NCBI GenBank assembly: GCA_963816185.1
Contig: CAWFJJ010000030.1
Location: 416,001 to 480,000 of the forward strand
Reading direction: 5' to 3'
DNA: 64,000 nt
Source of the DNA: Thermoanaerobaculia bacterium
Lineage (GTDB): Bacteria; Acidobacteriota; Thermoanaerobaculia; UBA5066
Shown here: piece by piece, positions 39,706 to 50,023 of the stretch
Layout of the letters: each line of letters starts with the position of its first letter
Position numbering within the stretch: the stretch's first letter is position 1
Position numbers and translations under genes: made by a program
The notes under the pieces: generated by a model
Told to the model about the DNA's origin: nothing
The model's database searches: none
The model's input: only the letters and a program-made list of their open reading frames with translations

Positions 39706-42621
39706 TCACCGAATGATCCGAGGTGTGATGAAAATCATGAGCTCGTCCGTACTCTCGGTCTGAGTCCGGCTCCGGAACAAGTTACCCAGGATCGGAATCT
39801 TCCAGAGGCCCGGGATCATCGACTGTCCGTCGTTCGTCGTGATCTTGAAGATGCCGCCGATCACGGCCGTGCCGCCGTCCCGCACCATGAGCCGCGTCTT
39901 GGCGTCACGGGTCGTGAGCGGGATGTTCTGGCCTCCCGCGATGTTGATACCGACCGCCGGCTCGCGTTTCTGGATCGTGATGTTCATGATCACGGTTCCT
40001 TCGTTCGTGATCTGCGGCGTGACATCCAGACGGAGCGTCGCGTTGATGTAGAGGACGGACGTCGTGTTGTTCACGGTGGTCTGGACCGGGATCTGGAAGC
40101 CCGACTGGATCGAGGCTTCTTCACCGGTCTGCGTCTGGACCTTCGGGGTGGAGATGACTTTGACGAGGCCGCGCGATTCGGCCGCGTGGAGCGAGGCGTC
40201 GAGCGCGAACGTGTCGAGGACGTTCGCGAGCGTCAGATGAAGGATCTGGGGCGCGCCGCTCGGCAGGGAGACGTTGCCGTCCACCGTTCCCGAGTTCGGG
40301 AACACGAGGCCGGTCGTGTTGCCGTGGCCCGCGTCGGCGACGCCGTTGAAGCCCCACACGATGCCGACTTCGTTCGAGAACGTGCGGTTCGCCTCGACGA
40401 TCCGGGCCTCGATCATGACCTGCGGGCTCGCGATGTCGAGGTTCTTGATGAGATCGAGGACGGTCGGGAGGTAGTCGGGCAGCTCCTTGATGATGAGCGT
40501 GTTGGACCGCGTGTCGATGAAGATGTCGCCGCGTGACGACATGACCTTGCGCGCCGTCGACGCGATCTCCTGCGCGTTTGCGTAAGAGATCTTCTGAAGC
40601 ACCGTGCGCAGCGGGCGGTTCTTGTCCTGCGCCTGGAGGAACGCAAGCCGCGAGTTCTCTTCCTGCGTGAGCTTGGCCGTGGACGCGATCCGCATGATGT
40701 TCCCCTCGAGCACGTACCCGAGCTGGTTGATCTTGAGGATCAGCTCGAGCGCCTGGTCCCAGGGGATGTCCTGCAGGCTCACGGTGACCGTTCCACGGAC
40801 GTCCGGGTCGAGGACGATGTTCAGCTGCGTCAGCTCGCTGAACCGTTGGAGCGTGTCTTTGATGTCCGCGTCCTTGAGGTTGAGCGTGATCGGCTCGCCC
40901 GTGTACTGCTTCTCGCCGGCTCCGAGAGTGCGCGTCTCGTAGGGATTCGCGATCTCGCGCGGGCGCGAAGAGCCGTCCTGCTGGACGAGAAGCGCCTCGG
41001 CCGCCTCGATCAGCGCCTTGTCCTCGGCCGACGCGACTTTCTTCCGGCGAGGTTCGGCGGAAGCCGACCTGGCGGGAGCGGCTGGTGCAGCGGATGGAAC
41101 CTTGACCTCGTGGATCTCGGGCGACGATTGCACGAGACGTGTCGCCGGAATCGTCGCGACGGCGATCGGGGCCGCTTGAGGAGCCGGGGCAGCGGGAGCC
41201 GCGTTGCCGGCGGCAGGAGCCGAGCTCGACGAATTCGTCGTCACGTCGAGCGGGTGGCCTTCGCTCACGACCGGCTCTCTCGGGTCGTCGACCTCGTGCT
41301 TTTCGTACGACGCGGCGGCCGGCACCGGCGGGGCGACGGCGATCTTCTCGGGCGCGGCGTGCACGAGTACGGGCTGTGTTTCGGGCGCCTTCTCCGGGGA
41401 GGGCGCGCGCACGGCTTCCGGAGCGGGAGCGGAGGCGCTGCGTGGCCGCCGGCGAGCGGAGGACGGGGCACTTCCGAACACGAGAGCCAGCGCCGAGGGC
41501 GAGACTCTTGCCGTGGGCTCGGAGGGAGACGGAAGGTCGAACACGACGCGCGTCACGGGCTCAGGCCCGGCCTTGAACTGCGAGACGCGCACGCGGTTCA
41601 CGGCGGCGTGCTTGACATCCTGCGCCCTTTTCGGCGTCGCGAGCAGGACGCCCGGGAGGTCCACGACGTAGCGCGGGGGGTTGTCGAGTGCGAACGTCTC
41701 GTACGTGAAGCTTCCGTTTCCGGCGAGAGTCGCGACGAGCTTTCCGTCCGAGACATGAACGTTGACGCCCGACAGACGTGTCGCGGCGCGGCCGGTGGCG
41801 GGGTGACGGACGGGCACCGGCGGAGCGTCTGGTGAGGAAGCCACGGCAGCTGACGCCGCTGGAGCGGCGGCAGAGGCGGTCGTGGCGGCCGGAGTCGCGG
41901 CCGGAACATCCTCGACCTTCACCGCCGGATCGGCTGGCGCGGGCTCTGGAGTCTTCCCGGCCTCCGACGCGGGCGAGGCCGCCACCGATGGAGCTGCGGA
42001 AGCCATCGTCGAGGCCGCCACCGCCGGAGCGCCGGCGGAGGCGTTCGTGGCAGTTGCCGGAGCGGCCTTTCCGAGCGCGATCGCCATAGCCGGCGAATCG
42101 GACTCCGAGGTGATGACGGGCTTGAGCGGCGACCGCCCCGTGAGCTCGAACTGGATGTGGGGCTTGCCCATCTCCGTGAACGACTTCATGTCGAGCCGCG
42201 ACAGGATCACGCCGTCCGCGCGCGGGGGCTCGAGGCCGGGGGAAACGACCGCGTTCGCGACGTCGACGACGACCTTCGTAGAGCCTTCACGGTTGTAGAG
42301 CGTCGGCGAGAGAGGACCGTTGCCGCTCAGGAGAAGCCGCGGCGTCTCTCCGTCGGTCAGGAGGGTGGCTCCCGTGAGCGTGGCAGGCGCAACGCCGTTT
42401 GCAGACATGCCGGTTGCAGACGGGTTTCCCGCGGCGACACGGTCGTTGCGCGAGGCGCACCCGCCGAGTACGGGGCCGACCAGCGCGAGCGCCGCGAAAC
42501 GGGACATGAATCCCCTTCGGTTCCGCCGCATGCTTCCTCCCCCGGACGGCACGAGAACTTGCGTGCCCTTCGAGTTTTCCGAGCCCATCAGCTTCGTCGT
42601 CATGGACATCCCTTCGCTCAC
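39706..42621 (-). CDS. pilQ: Type IV pilus secretin with AMIN domains and Ala/Pro linkers
   Basis: YTGEPITLNLKDADI, IPWDQAL, QVMIEARIVE, LDVTPQI, KIPILGNLF, ELMIFITPRII; AMIN LDNPPRYVVDL; exact start uncertain. Confidence 0.93.
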   Translation of the reverse strand: MSEGMSMTTKLMGSENSKGTQVLVPSGGGSMRRNRRGFMSRFAALALVGPVLGGCASRNDRVAAGNPSATGMSANGVAPATLTGATLLTDGETPRLLLSGNGPLSPTLYNREGSTKVVVDVANAVVSPGLEPPRADGVILSRLDMKSFTEMGKPHIQFELTGRSPLKPVITSESDSPAMAIALGKAAPATATNASAGAPAVAASTMASAAPSVAASPASEAGKTPEPAPADPAVKVEDVPAATPAATTASAAAPAASAAVASSPDAPPVPVRHPATGRAATRLSGVNVHVSDGKLVATLAGNGSFTYETFALDNPPRYVVDLPGVLLATPKRAQDVKHAAVNRVRVSQFKAGPEPVTRVVFDLPSPSEPTARVSPSALALVFGSAPSSARRRPRSASAPAPEAVRAPSPEKAPETQPVLVHAAPEKIAVAPPVPAAASYEKHEVDDPREPVVSEGHPLDVTTNSSSSAPAAGNAAPAAPAPQAAPIAVATIPATRLVQSSPEIHEVKVPSAAPAAPARSASAEPRRKKVASAEDKALIEAAEALLVQQDGSSRPREIANPYETRTLGAGEKQYTGEPITLNLKDADIKDTLQRFSELTQLNIVLDPDVRGTVTVSLQDIPWDQALELILKINQLGYVLEGNIMRIASTAKLTQEENSRLAFLQAQDKNRPLRTVLQKISYANAQEIASTARKVMSSRGDIFIDTRSNTLIIKELPDYLPTVLDLIKNLDIASPQVMIEARIVEANRTFSNEVGIVWGFNGVADAGHGNTTGLVFPNSGTVDGNVSLPSGAPQILHLTLANVLDTFALDASLHAAESRGLVKVISTPKVQTQTGEEASIQSGFQIPVQTTVNNTTSVLYINATLRLDVTPQITNEGTVIMNITIQKREPAVGINIAGGQNIPLTTRDAKTRLMVRDGGTAVIGGIFKITTNDGQSMIPGLWKIPILGNLFRSRTQTESTDELMIFITPRIIR

Positions 42622-43124
42622 GGCTTCTTCTGGAGTGTGAGCGCCTTGACCACTTCCCGGAATGGCTTCGGATTCGTCGGATCGTTCACGTTCTGTCGGA
42701 ACGTCACTTCCGTCGCCGATACGTCGATGACCTCGCCGTCGAAGAGCGTCGTCCCCTTGCGGACGAGGTGCGACTTGTTGTCCGGGCTGCGCATCATCGC
42801 GACCCAGCCCTGCTTGATCTTGATCGTGCCCTGCAGCTCGAGCTCGTCCACCATGACTCCCGCGAGACCCGGCGGGCGCACGCGGTCCCTCTCGGACGGG
42901 TTTCGCACGAGCAAGGAGCGGAAGGGATCGCGCCGGCCTCCGACCTCGTACGTATAGGTGGACGGGGTGAAGTCCTGCTCGGTGATCTTGCCGGTCGCGC
43001 CCGGGGCGGGCGTCACGGCCGGAGGAGCCGAGGTCGCCGGCGGGGCCTGAGCGAGCGAGGGCGCGCTCAAGGCCAGGAGGACGGCCGGCAGGGCGAGGGC
43101 GGCGAAGCTCGGGCGCGCGCTCAT
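42618..43124 (-). CDS. pilP: Type IV pilus assembly protein PilP-like
   Basis: RRDPFRSL, ELELQGTI, VRKGTTLFDGEV; position between pilO and pilQ. Confidence 0.8.
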   Translation of the reverse strand: MSARPSFAALALPAVLLALSAPSLAQAPPATSAPPAVTPAPGATGKITEQDFTPSTYTYEVGGRRDPFRSLLVRNPSERDRVRPPGLAGVMVDELELQGTIKIKQGWVAMMRSPDNKSHLVRKGTTLFDGEVIDVSATEVTFRQNVNDPTNPKPFREVVKALTLQKKP

Positions 43125-43792
43125 TGTTCGATCCCCGTCTTTTTTCCGCCGGCGGGTCGAGGACCGGATTTCTTCGGTGCGGTACCGGCGGGCGCGGCGG
43201 ACGCGGCCGAGTCCGTGTCGCCGAGGTAGATGAACGTCTTCATCGTGAAGTTCGCTCCGAGCGTGCGGCCTCCGGCAGCGTCGGGATAGCCGACCATGAC
43301 GAGATCCTCGATGTTGATGATCCGGGAGAACCGCGCCACCTTCTCGAAGAACAGGGCGAGGTTGTGGTACGTCCCGTCGATCTGCAGGTCGATCGGCCAC
43401 TCCGCGTAGAAGTCCTTGTTGATGTATTCCTTCGGCGTCCACTTCTTGAGGAAGAACTCGCCCTGAGCGGCCAGCGCCTGGATCTTCTTGATGAGCTCCT
43501 CGGCGTTGCGGGCCGTCGGCAGGATCTGAAGGAGCCGCTGCAGGTCGAGCTCGGTCCGACGAACCTCCTCGCGCAGCTGGGGCAGGCGGCGCTCGGCGGC
43601 CCGGCCCTGCGTGATCTTCTGATTGAGCTGGTCGAGCTCGTTCTTCTTGTTCTCCAGCGTCTGCTTCATCTCGTTGAAGTTGGGCAGCTGGTAGTAGGCG
43701 GCCGCGTAAAGCGCGAGGGCGATCGCCAAGCCAATCCCGAGTCCGTAGTACCAGGGCTTGCCTTCGAGTTGCTTGAGGTCGAGCGTCGCCAT
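43121..43792 (-). CDS. pilO: Type IV pilus assembly protein PilO
   Basis: TM plus coiled coil, ILPT, FYAEWPI, GTYHNLALFFEKVARFSRIINI. Confidence 0.92.
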   Translation of the reverse strand: MATLDLKQLEGKPWYYGLGIGLAIALALYAAAYYQLPNFNEMKQTLENKKNELDQLNQKITQGRAAERRLPQLREEVRRTELDLQRLLQILPTARNAEELIKKIQALAAQGEFFLKKWTPKEYINKDFYAEWPIDLQIDGTYHNLALFFEKVARFSRIINIEDLVMVGYPDAAGGRTLGANFTMKTFIYLGDTDSAASAAPAGTAPKKSGPRPAGGKKTGIEQ

Positions 43793-43800
43793 GGCTGCCC

Positions 43801-44457
43801 CTAGGCCTTCTTCCCGGCCGGTTTCGCGGACTCGGCCGGCTGCGGAGGCTCGGCCGGCTTCGCGGCGGCGCCGCTGTCGGGTTGCGTCCGGTCGATGTTC
43901 GAGAACCCGAAGTTCGTCTTGAAGCAGTAGAGCGACGAGCCGCCGGGCCCGCTGCAAGCCGTGAATTCCACCTTGGGCTCCTGGAAAGACGGAACGAGCT
44001 TGAGATTCGCGACGAAGTTCGCGACGGCCGGCGGATTGAAAGCCTTGCCGGTGATCGAGACCGCGTTCCCGTGGGATTCCATCCGCTCGAGCCAGACGAG
44101 GTCGGGCAGGGCTTTCGAGACCTCGTCCATGAGGCGCACGGGGCCCCGCTGGTTCTGCTTGAGCTGGTTGATGAGGTCGACCTTGCGCTGGACCCGGGCT
44201 TTCTTCGCCTCGTAGTCCTTCACTTCCTTGAGGACGGCCTCGAGGCGGGCGACTTCGACCTGCGCGATCCGGATCTTCTCTTCCTGGGCCTTGATCTGGG
44301 AACGGAGGACCCAGTAATGCACGATGCCGATGAGGATTGCGAGCCCGATCACGCCCCCCATGAGCAGCGTGTTGAGCCGTCCGGCGCCCCCGAGCGCCGA
44401 GACGCCCTTCTTCTTGCGCTGCGGCCGGGCCTCGGAGAGGAGGTTGATGCGAATCAT
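43801..44457 (-). CDS. pilN: Type IV pilus assembly protein PilN
   Basis: N-terminal IRINLL motif, TM, coiled coil, LPDLVWL. Confidence 0.92.
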   Translation of the reverse strand: MIRINLLSEARPQRKKKGVSALGGAGRLNTLLMGGVIGLAILIGIVHYWVLRSQIKAQEEKIRIAQVEVARLEAVLKEVKDYEAKKARVQRKVDLINQLKQNQRGPVRLMDEVSKALPDLVWLERMESHGNAVSITGKAFNPPAVANFVANLKLVPSFQEPKVEFTACSGPGGSSLYCFKTNFGFSNIDRTQPDSGAAAKPAEPPQPAESAKPAGKKA

Positions 44458-44461
44458 GCCG

Positions 44462-45517
44462 CTACTCCCCGATCTTTCTCACGCCGAGGCCGACGGCGAT
44501 CGCAAGCGCCGGCGACGCCTCGGAGAGCCACGCCGCGTCGACGGCGCGATCGTCCGTGAAGATCGACCGGAAGGGGTTGAGGACCTCGACAGGGAGACCG
44601 AACTTGTCCTTCAGAACGTCTTCCAGGTGCGCGGCCTTCGCGCCGCCGCCGGAAATCATGATCGAGTCCACGCGATCCGCGCCGGAGGTGGCCTGGAAGA
44701 AATCCAGCGTCTTCTGGAGCTCGGCGGCGGCGTCCTCGGCGACGCCCGTAAGGACGGGTTGGATCGTCTGGGCGGTCTGGCCAGCGACCGGCTCGCCCCG
44801 CTTCAGGGACTCGGCCTGCTCGAAGTTGAGCGAGTAAGCCTTCTGAAGCGCGTCCGTGAACTGGTTTCCGCCGAACGTGATGTCGCGCCAGAACACGGTC
44901 TGCCCCTGCGAGAGGATGTTCACGTTCATGACGGAGGCCCCGACGTTCACGAGCGCCACCACGCGGCCGGGGTCCGCCCCGTAGTTCACCTCGTAGCAGT
45001 TCTGGAGCGCGAAGGCGTCCACGTCGACGAGGGCGGGAGTGCGCCCGGCCTGCGTGACGACGTTCTTGAAGTCGTCCACCTTCTCTTTCTTGGCGGCCAC
45101 GAGGAGGACGCCCATCGTCTCGCCCACGGCGCCGGGGTCCAGGACGACGTAGTCCAGATAGACGTCGTTGATGTCGAACGGGACGTATTGCTCCGCTTCC
45201 CACCGGATGGATTCAGAGAGCTCCTCCTCCGGCATCGTGGGCAGCATGATTTTCTTGACGATGACCGAGTGGCCGGACACTGACACGGCCACGTTCGGGT
45301 TCTTCACGCCGGTCGACGAGAGGAGCCGCGAGATCGTCTCGACGACGAGGGAGGAGTCCATGATCGCGCCGTCGACGATCGCTTCGGGAGAAAGGACCTC
45401 GAGGCCCGCCTTGACGAGCTGGAAGGTCCCCTCCTTGCCTTCCTTCAGCTCGACGAGCTTGACGGCAGACGAGCCGATGTCGAGGCCGACCAGGTTTTTC
45501 GCCTTTCGGAACAGCAC
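44462..45517 (-). CDS. pilM: Type IV pilus assembly protein PilM
   Basis: VGLDIGSSAVK, EAEQYVPF, DVDAFALQN, ISGGGA, LNPF, AIAVGLG. Confidence 0.95.
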   Translation of the reverse strand: MLFRKAKNLVGLDIGSSAVKLVELKEGKEGTFQLVKAGLEVLSPEAIVDGAIMDSSLVVETISRLLSSTGVKNPNVAVSVSGHSVIVKKIMLPTMPEEELSESIRWEAEQYVPFDINDVYLDYVVLDPGAVGETMGVLLVAAKKEKVDDFKNVVTQAGRTPALVDVDAFALQNCYEVNYGADPGRVVALVNVGASVMNVNILSQGQTVFWRDITFGGNQFTDALQKAYSLNFEQAESLKRGEPVAGQTAQTIQPVLTGVAEDAAAELQKTLDFFQATSGADRVDSIMISGGGAKAAHLEDVLKDKFGLPVEVLNPFRSIFTDDRAVDAAWLSEASPALAIAVGLGVRKIGE

Positions 45518-45583
45518 GATAGGGTTGCCCTCCCTCGACCCGGTCCTCCGGGGGCGAGACGTGAAAAGGGATTGACTCGCCCT

Positions 45584-45612
45584 ATTTTGAAGTTCCCCCC
45601 GAGAGGTGTCAA
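45584..45612 (-). promoter_or_regulatory. Putative sigma70 promoter of pilMNOPQ
   Basis: Minus strand TTGACA (45612-45607), 17 bp spacer, CAAAAT (45589-45584). Confidence 0.45.
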
Positions 45613-45802
45613 GTCGTTAGGCCCGCGAGATTTCCCTTGATCCTGTGCAACGTTTTTGGTATAAGTCCGCCCCATCCCGCCGGAGCGGACGCGAGCGTAC
45701 GGGCGAAGCTACGCGCGGCGCGCGACGAGCGGCACCCACGGCGCCGCTCCAAAAAACAGCACGGAAAATCGCCAAAGTCCAGGTCCTGAGCCGGGAAGAA
45801 AT

Positions 45803-48001
45803 TCAGCCGGCTTCGGCGTCCGAGTCGCGAAGCCTGCGCCGCACGTCCAGCACGCCCGGCAGGGCACGAAGGGAGACGAGCAGCCGCTCGAGATGGCGGC
45901 GATCCCGGGTGGTGACGCTCGCCTCGATCGAGGCGATGCCGTCTTGGCTCGTGCGGGCCTCGATCGATCTGATGTTGGAGTTTGCGGCCGAAAGCACCTG
46001 CGTGATGCGCGCGAGCATCCCCTGGCGGTCCTCCGTGCGGATCTCGAGGTCCACGGTCACCGAGGCATCCTTCGCCGTGGCCCACTCCACGGGGATCTCG
46101 CGGCTCGGGTCGAACAGGAGCGAGCGCACGTTAGGGCAGGTCGTCGCGTGTACGGACACCCCCCGCCCGCGCGTCACGTAGCCCACGATGTCGTCGCCGG
46201 GCACGGGCTGGCAGCACCTCGCGAGCGTCGCGAGCAAGTCGTTCTCGCCCTTCACGCGAATCCCCGCGGCAGCCCCGAAAGGCAGAACCCGCCGGACGGC
46301 GCTCGAGATCGCCGCGACTTTCGACGGAGGGGGCGGCAAGGCTCCGGCGGCGGCCGCCGTCTCGGGCAGCAGTTTCGCGACGAGCGCGCGCGACGCGACC
46401 TTGCCGGACCCGACGTCCGCGATGAGGTCCTCGACCTTCCCGGCGCCGAAGTCGGCGAGCAGCGGGTCGAAGGCCTTCGCTTCGAGGAGCCTCTGGAGGC
46501 TCTTCTTCCACTTTTTGAGCTCCCGCTCGAGAAGGCGGCGGCCGATCTCGACCGATTGCTCCTTCTCGGCGATGTGGATGAAGGTGCGGATCTTGTTGCG
46601 CGCGCGCGAGGTGACCGTGAACGACAGCCAGTCCCGCGATGGCTGGGAAGAGGGCGAGGTGAGAATTTCCACGATGTCGCCGTTCTCGAGCGGCGTCTTG
46701 AGCGGAACGAGACGCCCGTTCAAGCGCGCGCCGACGCAGTGGTGCCCGACGTCCGTGTGGATGCGGTACGCGAAGTCCACGGGCGTCGCGCCTCGGGGGA
46801 AGGCATAGACGGCCCCCTTCGGGCTGAACGTGTAGACGTCGTCCGGGTAGAGGTCGATCCTCAGCGAAGACAGGAATTCACGCGGGTCGGAGACGTCCTT
46901 CGTCGTCTCGAGGATCTGCCGGAGCACGCCGACGTGCTCCTCGTGCCGCGTGTCCGAGCGCACCGGCTTTCCTTCCTTGTATTTCCAGTGCGCCGCGATC
47001 CCGTTCTCCGCGACGAGGTCCATCTCGCGCGTGCGGATCTGCACCTCGAACGGCGGCGCGCCTTCGGGGACGAGCGTCGTGTGGAGCGACTGGTAGAAGT
47101 TCCGTTTCGGCATCGCGATGTAGTCCTTGATTCGGCCGGGCACGGGACGCCAGGCCTGATGGACGATCCCGAGAACCGTGTAGCAGTCGGGAATCGAGTC
47201 CACGAGGACTCGGAACGCGAGGACGTCGTAAAGCTGCTCGAGCGGAATGGCCTGCCGGATGAGCTTCTGGCGGATCGACCAGTAGCGCTTCACGCGCCCC
47301 GTGATCTCGGCTTCGATGCCCATTCCTTTCGTCTTCGCGACGAGCTCCTGGCGGATCTTCTCGACGTTCGCCGCCGAGGCCGCCATCCGCTCGTCCACGG
47401 CGGCGCGGAGGGCGGCGAACTCCTCCGGGTGAAGAAAATGGAACGAGAGATCCTCGAGCTCGCCTTTCATCTTGCCCATGCCGAGCCGGTTCGCGAGCGG
47501 TGCGTAAATCTCCATCGTCTCGGAGGCCGTCGCCCGCTGCTTCGTCTCGGGAAGGTGCTCGAGCGTCCGCATGTTGTGGAGTCGGTCCGCGAGCTTGACG
47601 AGGATGACCCTGAGGTCGTCCGTCATCGCGAGAAGCATCTTGCGGAAGGTCTCCGCCTGCTGGGCCTCCCGCGACGTGAAGGCGTACCGGCCGATCTTCG
47701 TCACGCCGTCGACGAGGTGGGCCACATCGGGCCCGAAGAGCTCCGAGAGACGCTCCTTCGTGAGCGACGTGTCCTCGAGGACGTCGTGGAGAAGCCCGGC
47801 GGCGATCGAGGCGTCGTCGAGCTTCATCTCGGCGAGCGTCATGGCGACGGCGAGCGGATGGACGAGGTAGGGCTCGCCCGAGGAGCGGAGCTGGTTGCGG
47901 TGCCCGTGCGCCGAGACGACGTACGCCCGGCGCAGCAGGTCCTCGTCCAGGCCCGGGTGATAGGACTCGACTTTCTCGAGAATATCCTCGAAGCGCAGCA
48001 C
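45803..48001 (-). CDS. rel: Bifunctional (p)ppGpp synthetase/hydrolase (RSH)
   Basis: SGEPYLVHP, LLHDVLED, KLADRLHNMRT, YQSLHT, EVQIRT, AAHWKYK, TGS (ATPVDFAY), CCQPVPGD and ACT domains; start GTG 48001 or ATG 48049. Confidence 0.95.
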   Translation of the reverse strand: MLRFEDILEKVESYHPGLDEDLLRRAYVVSAHGHRNQLRSSGEPYLVHPLAVAMTLAEMKLDDASIAAGLLHDVLEDTSLTKERLSELFGPDVAHLVDGVTKIGRYAFTSREAQQAETFRKMLLAMTDDLRVILVKLADRLHNMRTLEHLPETKQRATASETMEIYAPLANRLGMGKMKGELEDLSFHFLHPEEFAALRAAVDERMAASAANVEKIRQELVAKTKGMGIEAEITGRVKRYWSIRQKLIRQAIPLEQLYDVLAFRVLVDSIPDCYTVLGIVHQAWRPVPGRIKDYIAMPKRNFYQSLHTTLVPEGAPPFEVQIRTREMDLVAENGIAAHWKYKEGKPVRSDTRHEEHVGVLRQILETTKDVSDPREFLSSLRIDLYPDDVYTFSPKGAVYAFPRGATPVDFAYRIHTDVGHHCVGARLNGRLVPLKTPLENGDIVEILTSPSSQPSRDWLSFTVTSRARNKIRTFIHIAEKEQSVEIGRRLLERELKKWKKSLQRLLEAKAFDPLLADFGAGKVEDLIADVGSGKVASRALVAKLLPETAAAAGALPPPPSKVAAISSAVRRVLPFGAAAGIRVKGENDLLATLARCCQPVPGDDIVGYVTRGRGVSVHATTCPNVRSLLFDPSREIPVEWATAKDASVTVDLEIRTEDRQGMLARITQVLSAANSNIRSIEARTSQDGIASIEASVTTRDRRHLERLLVSLRALPGVLDVRRRLRDSDAEAG

Positions 48002-48062
48002 GACCCCATTATCGGGCCGAGCGACCTTTCCGGTTAATCTCCGCGCCATCGAGGGAGCCCCG

Positions 48063-48722
48063 ATGGACCTCGTCAAGCAGCTCGTGGACGTCTTCCTGCA
48101 TCTCGACACGCACCTGGCCGAGGTGGTCCACGACTACGGGACGTTCACGAACGTCATCCTCTTCGGCATCATCTTCTGCGAAACCGGCCTCGTCGTGACG
48201 CCGTTCCTGCCCGGGGACTCGCTTCTCTTCACGGCCGGGGCGCTCGCTTCGCTCGGGACTCTGAACGTCTGGCTGTTGTTCCTCGTTCTTTCGTTCGCGG
48301 CGGTCCTCGGCGATACGGTGAACTACTGGATCGGAAAGCGGATCGGCCTGCGTGCGTTCGACGGCAGCGTGAAGTTCCTGAAGCAGGAGCACCTCCGGAA
48401 GACGGAGGAGTTCTACGAGAAGTACGGCCGGAAGACGATCATCCTCGCACGGTTCGTCCCGATCGTCCGGACGTTCGCGCCTTTCGTGGCGGGCGTCGGC
48501 TCGATGCGATACGGCGTCTTCCTGGCGTACAACGTGATCGGAGGCACGCTCTGGGTCGGGGCCGGCATTTTCTCGGGCTTCTTCTTCGGCAACATCCCGG
48601 TCGTCAAGAAGAACTTCTCCCTCGTCATCCTCGCGATCATCGCCGTCTCGATGCTGCCGCTCCTGTGGGAGACCTGGAGGGCGCGAAAGATCCGGCGCAG
48701 GCTCGGAGACGGGGCGACGTGA
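48063..48722 (+). CDS. dedA: DedA family membrane protein
   Basis: FCETGLVVTPFLPGDSLLF, GDTVNYWIG, LARFVPIVRTFAPFVAG. Confidence 0.95.
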   Translation: MDLVKQLVDVFLHLDTHLAEVVHDYGTFTNVILFGIIFCETGLVVTPFLPGDSLLFTAGALASLGTLNVWLLFLVLSFAAVLGDTVNYWIGKRIGLRAFDGSVKFLKQEHLRKTEEFYEKYGRKTIILARFVPIVRTFAPFVAGVGSMRYGVFLAYNVIGGTLWVGAGIFSGFFFGNIPVVKKNFSLVILAIIAVSMLPLLWETWRARKIRRRLGDGAT

Positions 48723-49966
48723 ACAGCCCTTCCCGCCGAAACCGGTGGCTGTCCTCCACGGCGCTCATCTTCTACGCTCTGATCCTCGGCGTCGCCCTCG
48801 GGCACCTCCTACCGGCCGAGACGTACCCACGGGCCTACGAGACGTTTCGGTTCCTGTCGAAGGCCTTCATCAGCCTCATCAAGATGCTCGTCGTCCCGCT
48901 CATCTTCGCGACGATCGTCCTCGGCATCGGAAGGACGGGCGACGTGAAGGCCGTCGGGCGCATGGGGGTGAAGGCGCTCATCTATTTCGAGGCCGCGACC
49001 ACGGTCGCCCTTCTGATCGGCCTCGCCTTCGCGAACCTCGTGAAGCCGGGCCTCGACCTCACGCTCCCGTCCACGGGCGAAACGGGCCTCGCGAAGCCGC
49101 AGACGCTCGTCGAGTCGCTGCTCCACCTCTTCCCGTCGAACGTGATCGACGCGATGGCCCGGCAGGACATCCTCCAGGTCGTCATTTTCGCGACTCTCCT
49201 CGGGATCGCGGCCGCGCACGTCGGAGACCGCGCGAAGCCGTTCGTGGACTTCTTCGAGTCCGCGGTGGCGGTGCTCTTCAAACTCACGGACTACGTCATG
49301 GCGCTCACACCCCTCGGCGTGTTCGGGGCCATGGCGGGCGCCGTCTCGCATCACGGCATCAGGGTTCTCAACAGCTACGCGAAGCTCGTCGGTTCGCTTT
49401 ACGCGGCCCTCGTCGTCTTCGCGCTGATCGTCCTCGTCCCGGCGCTGAAGCTCGCACGCGTGTCCGTGAAACGGTTCTTCGGGAAGATCCGTGAGCCCTT
49501 CCTCATCGCATTCTCGACGGCCTCGTCCGAGGCCGCCCTCCCCCGCGCCCTCGAGCGCATCGTGGAGTTCGGCGTCCCGAAGAGCGTGGCCGGCTTCGTC
49601 CTCCCCGCGGGATACAGCTTCAACCTGGACGGCTCGACGCTGTACATCGTCCTCGCGACGCTCACGATCGCGCAGGCCGCGGGCCGGCATCTCTCGATAC
49701 TCGAACAGGTCTCCATGTGCCTCGTCCTGATGCTCACGACGAAGGGCGTCGCGGCCGTGCCGCGGGCGGCCCTCGTCATCATCGCGGCGGGTTGCGCATC
49801 GTTCAACCTGCCGGGCGAGGCGGGCGTCGCCATGATCCTCGCCGTGGACGAGCTGATGGACATGGGCCGCACGTCCATCAACGTGGCCGGCAACTGCGTC
49901 GCCGCGGTCGTCGTCGCGAGATGGGAGGGCGTCCTCGGAGAAGAGGCGGCTTCACTCGAGCGGTGA
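48719..49966 (+). CDS. Dicarboxylate/amino acid:cation symporter (GltP/DctA family)
   Basis: FISLIKMLVVPLIF, AFSTASSEAALP, GYSFNLDGS, TKGVAAVP, DMGRTSINVAGN. Confidence 0.93.
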   Translation: MNSPSRRNRWLSSTALIFYALILGVALGHLLPAETYPRAYETFRFLSKAFISLIKMLVVPLIFATIVLGIGRTGDVKAVGRMGVKALIYFEAATTVALLIGLAFANLVKPGLDLTLPSTGETGLAKPQTLVESLLHLFPSNVIDAMARQDILQVVIFATLLGIAAAHVGDRAKPFVDFFESAVAVLFKLTDYVMALTPLGVFGAMAGAVSHHGIRVLNSYAKLVGSLYAALVVFALIVLVPALKLARVSVKRFFGKIREPFLIAFSTASSEAALPRALERIVEFGVPKSVAGFVLPAGYSFNLDGSTLYIVLATLTIAQAAGRHLSILEQVSMCLVLMLTTKGVAAVPRAALVIIAAGCASFNLPGEAGVAMILAVDELMDMGRTSINVAGNCVAAVVVARWEGVLGEEAASLER

Positions 49967-50023
49967 AGGGGGGAGGAAGGTTTTGACCGCGCAGCGGCCC
50001 GCGGGCTGATATGTTCGGGCGAA

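Noticed and set aside
41040-42070. Ala/Pro-rich repeats in pilQ as a repeat element
   Set aside because: Ordinary low-complexity linkers between AMIN and secretin domains with no fixed nucleotide unit
45518-45802. Riboswitch or ncRNA upstream of pilM
   Set aside because: Only a generic GC hairpin and promoter-like boxes; no recognisable aptamer consensus
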